Shown here: positions 1 to 6,103 of the stretch, in pieces
How the letters are laid out: each line of letters opens with the position of its first letter
Position numbering within the stretch: the first letter of the stretch is position 1
DNA from: Trichoplax adhaerens
Taxonomy: Eukaryota > Animalia > Placozoa
Length of the DNA stretch: 6,692 bases
Assembly: GCF_000150275.1 (NCBI RefSeq)
Contig: NW_002060975.1
Span: forward strand, 25,257 to 31,948
Direction: 5' to 3'
Position numbers and translations under genes: made by a program
The notes under the pieces: model-generated
Databases searched by the model: none
What the model saw: the letters and a program-made list of their open reading frames with translations, nothing else
Told to the model about the DNA's origin: nothing

Positions 1-1
1 G

Positions 2-473
2 TTTACAACTTGTTATTCCAGTCACAGAGTATATTCTTATAGGCCAATCTTTGTCAGCAAGGCACTTAGTGTATCCAAGGCTGTTATCAAACTAAATATC
101 TCACTCTTACTCCTGTACCTTGTCTACTTACAAACTAGCGACCCGTATATTGTTTTAGACTTTTAGTCAGTTATAGTTTAGTAATTCCTTGTGTTTTTCA
201 CCGTCTTCTTGGAAAGTTGACCATCTGCAATTAGTTTAAATTGACATCATCAATTCTACTTTAATACCTTGAATAGTATCTATCAAAGTCATTGTAATTA
301 AGGGTAAAGCCATCCAAAATATTATACAGGATGCACCTTGATCGATAATGGTGATGATAATCCTATTTCTGCAATGTAGATTACATCCAGTAACATATAT
401 TACCTGTCTGTTTACCTCTGTCATAATGATGCTGGTTGGCCTCTTCATCTTCCGTACCGACAGCGATGGCTGA
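2..473 (+). pseudogene. 3' end of a spliced multi-pass membrane protein gene (exon <=2-215, intron 216-379, exon 380-473), apparently frameshifted near 139-163
   Basis: Frame from nt 2 reads ...RPIFVSKALSVSKAVIKLNISLLLLYLVYLQTSDPYIVL until TAG at 164-166. The -1 frame continues LLVSYSLVIPCVFHRLLG. A GT(216)...TAG(379) phase-2 intron joins AA|A (Lys) to LHPVTYITCLFTSVIMMLVGLFIFRTDSDG* (TGA 471-473). This gives three hydrophobic helices with a consistent splice phase. Family not recognised; the helix pattern is loosely DMT/EamA-like (inference). Confidence 0.45.
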
Positions 474-652
474 TTGCAAGTTACGATGCAAGAAACATCG
501 AGGATAATTACACACGATAGAGTGAAGTCGTTGTCAATGCCTCTTTTCCATAATCCTATATTTTCTCAATATAAGAAATTGAAAGAATTAAGTGCCACTA
601 ATGAGAGAATGAAATCAAATTGCGCAGGGTAGTGATATCAACACCTGCACTT

Positions 653-682
653 GATCTATATCGATCTATATCGATCTATATC
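653..682. repeat. Perfect tandem repeat (GATCTATATC)x3
   Basis: Directly visible at 653-662, 663-672 and 673-682, followed by a degenerate partial unit GTCTACAT. Confidence 0.95.
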
Positions 683-1054
683 GTCTACATTCTGCATCAA
701 CAGAGCAATCACTGGGATGCTATTAGTGTAAGCCAATCGACGTGTAGTTAACAGTGCTTAGCGATATTTTGGGGATGATTAGTGGATAAATTGCCAATCA
801 ATATTGCAGCCTTACTTCTTTTAGTTATAGCAATACTCAAAACAGATTGTGGTAATGTCTACGGTTCATCTTCCATTTGAATTATATTAGTACTGTCATA
901 ACTTACTTACCTTATCCATGATATTGTAACAGAAAATGTTTATCCCAATAATCTTCAAGCAGCTATCAATTCCTAACAGGAATCATGGATGATTGTCCTA
1001 TTTCTGCCCCATCGATAGACTCTAGTATAAGATTCAATTTGATCACCTATCATC

Positions 1055-1072
1055 ACAAGTACGCGTACTTGT
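1055..1072. repeat. Perfect 18-bp palindrome ACAAGTACGCGTACTTGT
   Basis: The sequence equals its own reverse complement; it is centred on ACGCGT. Confidence 0.95.
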
Positions 1073-1180
1073 TACACGATCAGACAACAGGAAAATGTTA
1101 GTTGATCAATAGTTGATTCAAGAATACAGACGGCTTTGATTATACTATATTTAAGTAATCCTTGCACTAGAGTAATGAAA

Positions 1181-1505
1181 NNNNNNNNNNNNNNNNNNNN
1201 NNNNNNNNNNNNNNNNNNNNNNNNNNNNNNNNNNNNNNNNNNNNNNNNNNNNNNNNNNNNNNNNNNNNNNNNNNNNNNNNNNNNNNNNNNNNNNNNNNNN
1301 NNNNNNNNNNNNNNNNNNNNNNNNNNNNNNNNNNNNNNNNNNNNNNNNNNNNNNNNNNNNNNNNNNNNNNNNNNNNNNNNNNNNNNNNNNNNNNNNNNNN
1401 NNNNNNNNNNNNNNNNNNNNNNNNNNNNNNNNNNNNNNNNNNNNNNNNNNNNNNNNNNNNNNNNNNNNNNNNNNNNNNNNNNNNNNNNNNNNNNNNNNNN
1501 NNNNN
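1181..1505. other. 325-nt N block (assembly gap or hard-masked repeat)
   Basis: Run of N directly visible. Confidence 0.99.
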
Positions 1506-1785
1506 AATGATAGCTAATAAGGAAAAACGGACTGTATAAGTGACAGCAATTGATTTATTAAAGATTTTGAGTAACGTTAATTGAAGCGACTACAAAATGA
1601 AATTACGTAATGATTTTAATCAAAACTTGGCCGTACTTGAGCAATTCCATTTTCAAACCAGTTATTAACTCATCACTATTTTTCAGCATGAAAGTCAACA
1701 TGGTACAAAGTGTGAAACGATTGACTAGTGCTAGTAAACACCAGAAATGATGACCGTGCAGGGATAATCCAGGTTATTGTCCAGG

Positions 1786-2047
1786 GATAACACCCAGCTA
1801 TATCTATAAAACACACAGATTAACAAGTATAAGAGAAATTCAGTTCACAACCCAAAATGTCAACTATAGGTCTAATGGCGATAAAGGGACGATTATATTA
1901 TGGCAATAATGTTAGGGTTTGCGTTTAAAATGACATCGATTAAGATTGCTTTAACTGGTTGAAAGACTTACCTGCTAAGCAAGATGACAATGCTAACACC
2001 CAACAATATCGGTCAAAAGCACAGATTAATAAGTATGAGAGAGAAAT
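1786..2047. repeat. Diverged direct duplication of ~51-55 bp (1786-1839 and 1992-2047, offset 206)
   Basis: Manual ungapped alignment of 1786-1836 with 1992-2042 gives 41/51 identities; shared blocks include TAACACCCA, ATATC, CACAGATTAA and AAGTAT. Confidence 0.85.
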
Positions 2048-2238
2048 CTGTAGTATGGAAAAAGAATGTGAGAAAAAAAGATGTTCACTGGTTGACTGCC
2101 ATTTCACGTGTAGAAGGCAGTGGAAGAAGAGGAAGACCAAGTAGAGAGTCGGCGCTGCAAGTTACTGTGCAAAAGAGCTTGTCGCCCTATAGGAGCAGGA
2201 ATTGACTCTACAGCGGACAATATTATAAGCAAGATATC
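1972..2238 (-). pseudogene. Possible decayed rhodopsin-like (class A) GPCR fragment, TM1-TM3/4
   Basis: Across two frameshifts the minus strand reads DILLIILSAV...LLHSNL / SADSLLGLPLLP...Q* / SLSYLLICAFDRY-CWVLAL. This resembles TM1, TM2 (NLxxAD with Pro at D+9) and TM3 (S-x3-L-x3-A-x-DRY). It ends at a consensus CAG|GTAAGT donor (1972/1971). Motif recognition is by eye only. Confidence 0.3.
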
Positions 2239-2360
2239 AACCGAGTAACCTCACTTGGACTGAGAAAGTATCGCACAGCCACGCTGCTTACTGCATGCTC
2301 GCCATTCACTTTTCTTGGCTCTAATTGAAATCACTAATTTACTTTGTAAACTGTGGATAG

Positions 2361-2438
2361 CAAGGTGAGAAAGAGAATGAAAGCAGGCAATCCCACCTTT
2401 AGGGTCAGGAAAAAGTGGAAGACAACATGGACAACAAG
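2361..2438 (+). other. Exon-like 78-nt segment (orphan or pseudo-exon)
   Basis: CTAAT branch-like motif and T-rich tract, then TAG acceptor (2358-2360), purine-rich body and AAG|GTAAGA donor at 2438/2439. The most coding-like frame (QGEKENESRQSHL*GQEKVEDNMDNK) contains a stop. Confidence 0.25.
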
Positions 2439-2779
2439 GTAAGACGATTTTCTGTTTGCAATATCCCTTCCAGTCATGATCGCCTTTGCTAGCAGACTAT
2501 TTTATCTTCTCATGTTATTTTGACCAAGAACTTGGTGAGATTGTTTCTCTTTCAAGTCCGTCTTTCACTGCAATTTGCAATAAACATTGAACTAGCTGCA
2601 TAATTGCATTGATTGCAATACTAATAATTTTGTTTTGATTTATTTTTGGGTATTGGTTAAACTGACTTTTGGGGGTTTGCTTTATGATCGACTGCAATTT
2701 CGCAAATCATTTTCTTTATCCCTATTTTTTTCTCATCCTATTTTACCTCAATCTTAATCCTGAATCTTGTACAAATGCT

Positions 2780-3034
2780 NNNNNNNNNNNNNNNNNNNNN
2801 NNNNNNNNNNNNNNNNNNNNNNNNNNNNNNNNNNNNNNNNNNNNNNNNNNNNNNNNNNNNNNNNNNNNNNNNNNNNNNNNNNNNNNNNNNNNNNNNNNNN
2901 NNNNNNNNNNNNNNNNNNNNNNNNNNNNNNNNNNNNNNNNNNNNNNNNNNNNNNNNNNNNNNNNNNNNNNNNNNNNNNNNNNNNNNNNNNNNNNNNNNNN
3001 NNNNNNNNNNNNNNNNNNNNNNNNNNNNNNNNNN
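2780..3034. other. 255-nt N block (assembly gap or hard-masked repeat)
   Basis: Run of N directly visible. Confidence 0.99.
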
Positions 3035-3789
3035 GAATGTCACAGTTGCCGTTCGTCTTTAGAGTTGAGCTACTACAATTATTTTCGTATTATAAATGCA
3101 ACTCATAGTGCATGTTTATGAACTTAACGATAAAACTACTACCAAGTTCTACACTGGTACAAGATAAACACGATTAATAAAACTCTATAAACAATGTCTT
3201 TAATCTAATAGCAGGAGTATTTGAACGTCTAACTAACTTGTAAAGTGATTCTTGATGTAAATAAGACAAGGTTATTTTAAAATTTAGGAACTGTCGCTCA
3301 TGCAAACAAAAATAAATATTCGTAACACTGATGGTGAATCAAAACGAATAAGCCCATATTAATCTATTCAGGAAATACGCGCACGCTTAACAAGTGAAAA
3401 ATATAACTGAATACACTTTAGTCTTGTGTGTTACAAGGTAGTTGTTCTTACTGCATTCTTTCATTAACTATAAACTCTAACCTATTACTAATCAATCACT
3501 TAAATATTTTTAAATATTATATAAAATTTATGTACTGTGTTCAAATTATAACTTTGTATTAACCAAGGAAACCCTTGGGTTGATCAAGGTAAAGTTATTT
3601 ATTTTCCTCTTCAAGTCAAGTACGTTAAATAATGGGGTTACCGCAGACCCTCACTTTCCTGCGATCATTATACGAGTGTGCATACGTATAGCGATTCAGA
3701 TAAATCGCCGAGCCATAATAAGTAGACCGTTAAGCCATTTGATACTAATTAATCATTGGAAGAATTACAAATACTTCAGTCTTTTATCC

Positions 3790-4057
3790 AAGGTACATAA
3801 TTTTGAGTCTCTCGAAGAATACCCTAATTCAGTTTGAAAGTAAACTCTTACGAATGAAAATGAACAATTTCTATATGAGAGTGTGGAAGATCGAAAGATG
3901 AAAGGTACTGAATTTGCTTAATGAGAAAGAATTACATGAAGAAATCGATCGCGTCAAGAAATCTTTCGATCAAGGGATTCCCAAAATAGGTGTTGAGATA
4001 GAAAGTAAATTGAAAAGTAATCATGATCAAATAATAGAAGACTGTAGTAATGAATGA
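3790..4057 (+). pseudogene. Decayed coding-like segment, product unknown (possibly retroelement internal sequence)
   Basis: GAA/AAA/GAT-rich codons: KVHNFESLEEYPNSV*K*TLTNENEQFLYESVEDRK, then a shifted frame at 3902-4054 KVLNLLNEKELHEEIDRVKKSFDQGIPKIGVEIESKLKSNHDQIIEDCSNE*. In-frame stops and a frameshift are present. Confidence 0.3.
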
Positions 4058-4152
4058 ATTATTGCATCATCAATGATATAATTTTGTTGAGTAATGAATT
4101 CTATGTTAACACCTAGCCATTAATTAACTACTATTCAATGTTAAAGAAAGTG

Positions 4153-4520
4153 TGTTGTGATTCTTGCTATATTCAGTAGGTGGACTTGGCTATAAATGGA
4201 TGATTGTTTAGCACCAACGAAGTTGGTGAGGCTCTATAAAAGCCTGAAAGTTCTTGATTGAGGGAGTTGATAAGTTAGTCGATAATAGATGGTTATCAGT
4301 TGTTAGTAGTCGATTCTAAGTTGTGAGTTCCATTGGTCATTTTAATCAATAGCTTTTAGAATAAAGTTTTGATTCTTAACGTGAGTATTCTATCGTCTAA
4401 GACTCGAATCTAAGTTTGGTAGATTAAAGAGTGCTTAGAGTTCGTTGCTCCGATAGTTAAGACTACATTAAAGGAAAGAATCCCGTTCAATTTTGTCCAG
4501 TAAGCTCGGTTGTGACATCA
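4153..4520 (+). mobile_element. LTR of an LTR retrotransposon (probably Ty3/Gypsy-type), remnant
   Basis: Starts TGTTGTGA and ends TGACATCA (6/8 terminal inverted repeat, TG...CA). Contains TATAAA at 4191 and 4235 and AATAAA at 4360-4365, and is followed after 1 nt by a tRNA primer-binding site. The 5' boundary is uncertain (4151 or 4153, or further upstream); the 3' end could be 4517. Confidence 0.6.
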
Positions 4521-4521
4521 T

Positions 4522-4541
4522 TGGTGGCAGCGATGGGATTC
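4522..4541 (+). mobile_element. Primer-binding site complementary to the 3' end of tRNA-Leu (AAG/TAG type)
   Basis: TGGTGGCAGCGATGGGATTC versus the complement of the conserved metazoan tRNA-Leu 3' end including CCA, TGGTGGCAGCGGTGGGATTC (recalled sequence): one mismatch, at 4533. It includes the CCA complement and lies directly after a CA-ending LTR-like segment. Confidence 0.8.
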
Positions 4542-4845
4542 ACCCAACACTATTAGCTAGTGCCGAAGTGAACGAAGAAGACAACTTTTTGTATTGAGTA
4601 CGCGTACACACACCTAGGATAAGTTATTTTACACTTAACTAGAAGAAACCTGCGAATACTGTCATAAACAATTTCAATCCATTGAAGCAAATTACCGTAG
4701 CTGCGGTGATTTAAGAAAAGAAATACATACTGTACTGTACTAGAGTTTATAGTAACATTAGTAACATCCCTTACGATACTAATTGCAACAGACTAAAATC
4801 ACAGATGGTAATTACTGAACAAAACTATCGCTGGCATTACTGAGA

Positions 4846-5889
4846 TCATGGTAGCATACCAGTAGAATCATTATTTTGATTGTGATTACATATAAAATTG
4901 AATGCATCAATTTTACCTTTCCTTTTACCTTGAGAGGTCGCTGCAGCTATTGCCTCTGAGCTTCCCTTTTCATCAATTTTATTAATTATATTTTCTTCCA
5001 TTTTGCCCAATCGATTTTCCATCCGTTCAACTCGGCTATCCGTCCTTTCAGTTGTACCTTCTATCCGTTCAGTTCTGTCATCAATCCTTTCAGTTGTACC
5101 TTCTATCCGTTTAGTTCGGCTATCTATCCTTTCAGTTTTGCCGTCGATTCTATCAGTTCTGTCATCAATCCTTTCAGTTGTATCTTCTATCCGTTCAGTT
5201 CGGCCATCTATCCTTTCAGTTCTGTCGTCAATCCTTTCAGTTGTACCTTCTATCCGTTCAGTTCGGCTATCTATACTTTCTAAACGACATATCACTTTGT
5301 CATATTGTTCAGCAAAACGATCCAATAGTGAATTATTTTTTTCCGTAATGTCTTTTATCAACTGCGTTAATTTCTTTATGTCGTCAATGCTGTTATTAAT
5401 ATCGGAGACATTATTTAAAGTTTCTAAAATTTTTTCAATGTTAGCTTGGACTGGTTTCATAACATCGTCATTTAAACTTTGTACGTCTTCCATTATTCTA
5501 TCAAGCATCGTTACTATCAATGACTTTTCGTCTACTAAGACCTCGTTTAATATATTTTGAGCATAGTGTTTTAGATCTTCAACATTTTCAACTTTGCCCA
5601 ATTGGGTCTGATATTTGAAGTTTTTTTCAATAGCAGATGAATCCAAAAGCTCGTAAGATTCTTTATTGATTGAGCCAGAGCCCTCAAGGAATGATTTTTG
5701 GCGGAAGCCATATTCACAAATGTCGCTTTTTTCCCCCTTCAATTTGTAGTACTTTACTGTGTTGTCCTCGACAGTCCTAATGCCAATATTTTTAAATAAC
5801 TTGGAGGTTTTGATCTTTTTCTCTCCATTTTCTGCTAAAACTTTTAATTCACTTCCAGTACCTTTTGACCTACGATACGAATATTGCAT
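4846..5889 (-). CDS. Uncharacterised protein: small N-terminal globular domain plus long heptad-repeat coiled coil (347-aa ORF; real exon probably ends at 4929)
   Basis: 1044-nt open frame in AT-rich DNA with coding-like composition. Residues ~100-305 are heptad-patterned, including 12 near-identical I-[DE]-x-[RTK]-T-E-R units. A TATA box lies upstream, and a CAAG|GTAAAA donor at 4929/4928 is followed by intron-like sequence. Confidence 0.85.
   Translation of the reverse strand: MQYSYRRSKGTGSELKVLAENGEKKIKTSKLFKNIGIRTVEDNTVKYYKLKGEKSDICEYGFRQKSFLEGSGSINKESYELLDSSAIEKNFKYQTQLGKVENVEDLKHYAQNILNEVLVDEKSLIVTMLDRIMEDVQSLNDDVMKPVQANIEKILETLNNVSDINNSIDDIKKLTQLIKDITEKNNSLLDRFAEQYDKVICRLESIDSRTERIEGTTERIDDRTERIDGRTERIEDTTERIDDRTDRIDGKTERIDSRTKRIEGTTERIDDRTERIEGTTERTDSRVERMENRLGKMEENIINKIDEKGSSEAIAAATSQGKRKGKIDAFNFICNHNQNNDSTGMLP
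5023..5274 (-). repeat. Coding minisatellite: 12 x 21 nt (7-aa heptads, residues 206-289)
   Basis: Units IDSRTER, IEGTTER, IDDRTER, IDGRTER, IEDTTER, IDDRTDR, IDGKTER, IDSRTKR, IEGTTER, IDDRTER, IEGTTER, TDSRVER; DNA consensus approximately ATHGANRRYMVAACTGAAMGG. Confidence 0.97.
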
Positions 5890-5968
5890 ATGTTCATTTT
5901 GTGTTCAGCAAATTCTTAATCCATTATAGAAATGTGAAGAGAACGACATTCTAGACCACTAAGTCCAT

Positions 5969-5975
5969 TTTTATA
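5969..5975 (-). promoter_or_regulatory. Candidate TATA box of the coiled-coil gene
   Basis: Minus strand reads GCTATAAAAATG about 80 nt upstream of the ATG at 5889, with an Inr-like TCACATT at 5937-5931. The AT-rich background lowers specificity. Confidence 0.35.
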
Positions 5976-6083
5976 GCGAATGCTACCCAACATGAAGCAA
6001 AGTACTCTACAAAACTACGTATATTAATGCAAGATGTTATATTCACAAATGTAGATTAAATTGCATAATCATAAGTTACAAGA

Positions 6084-6103
6084 CAGCTGATAGCAGCTGA
6101 TAG
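6084..6103. repeat. Perfect tandem duplication (CAGCTGATAG)x2
   Basis: Directly visible; each unit contains an E-box (CAGCTG) overlapping a GATA motif, immediately before TATAAAAGCCTG. Confidence 0.85.

Noticed and set aside
236-448. 70-aa minus ORF (likewise 2515-2697 minus, 1959-2144 plus and most of 3580-3837 plus)
   Set aside because: Short, composition typical of AT-rich non-coding DNA, no recognisable motifs; 236-448 lies antisense to the better-supported intron and exon on the + strand.
1759-1795. CAGGGATAA repeated twice, partly resembling the I-SceI site
   Set aside because: Only about 10 nt match the 18-bp site; consistent with chance or a small local duplication.
2036-2145. + strand peptide ...VRKKDVHWLTAISRVEGSGRRGRP resembling the C-terminus of RTE-clade LINE ORF2 (VEGxRxRGRP)
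   Set aside because: It lacks the expected RLRWxGHV before it, the Trp after RGRP and a 3' microsatellite tail; the purine richness is equally explained by the pyrimidine-rich minus strand. Not excluded without a Dfam/Repbase search.
1136-3121. ORFs 1136-1510, 2669-3121, 2738-3043, 2767-3108 and 2775-3062
   Set aside because: Artefacts of translating through N blocks.
4522-4600. Minus-strand tRNA-Leu gene or pseudogene
   Set aside because: Only the 3' ~25 nt resemble tRNA; there is no D-arm, anticodon arm or 5' acceptor strand. An encoded CCA next to a CA-ending LTR indicates a PBS.
5023-5274. CRISPR-like array
   Set aside because: Units are contiguous 21-mers with no unique spacers, lie in frame within an ORF, and no cas genes are present.
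5003-5560. 185-aa + strand ORF with SILSV/SIRSV repeats
   Set aside because: Antisense shadow of the minus-strand heptad repeat; the stop-free frame follows from the repeat's codon content, and it starts at a non-ATG codon.
4846-5889. LINE ORF1p or retroviral Gag/Env identity for the coiled-coil protein
   Set aside because: No RRM, zinc knuckle, TM segment or adjacent ORF2/pol is visible, and it is antisense to the LTR/PBS.
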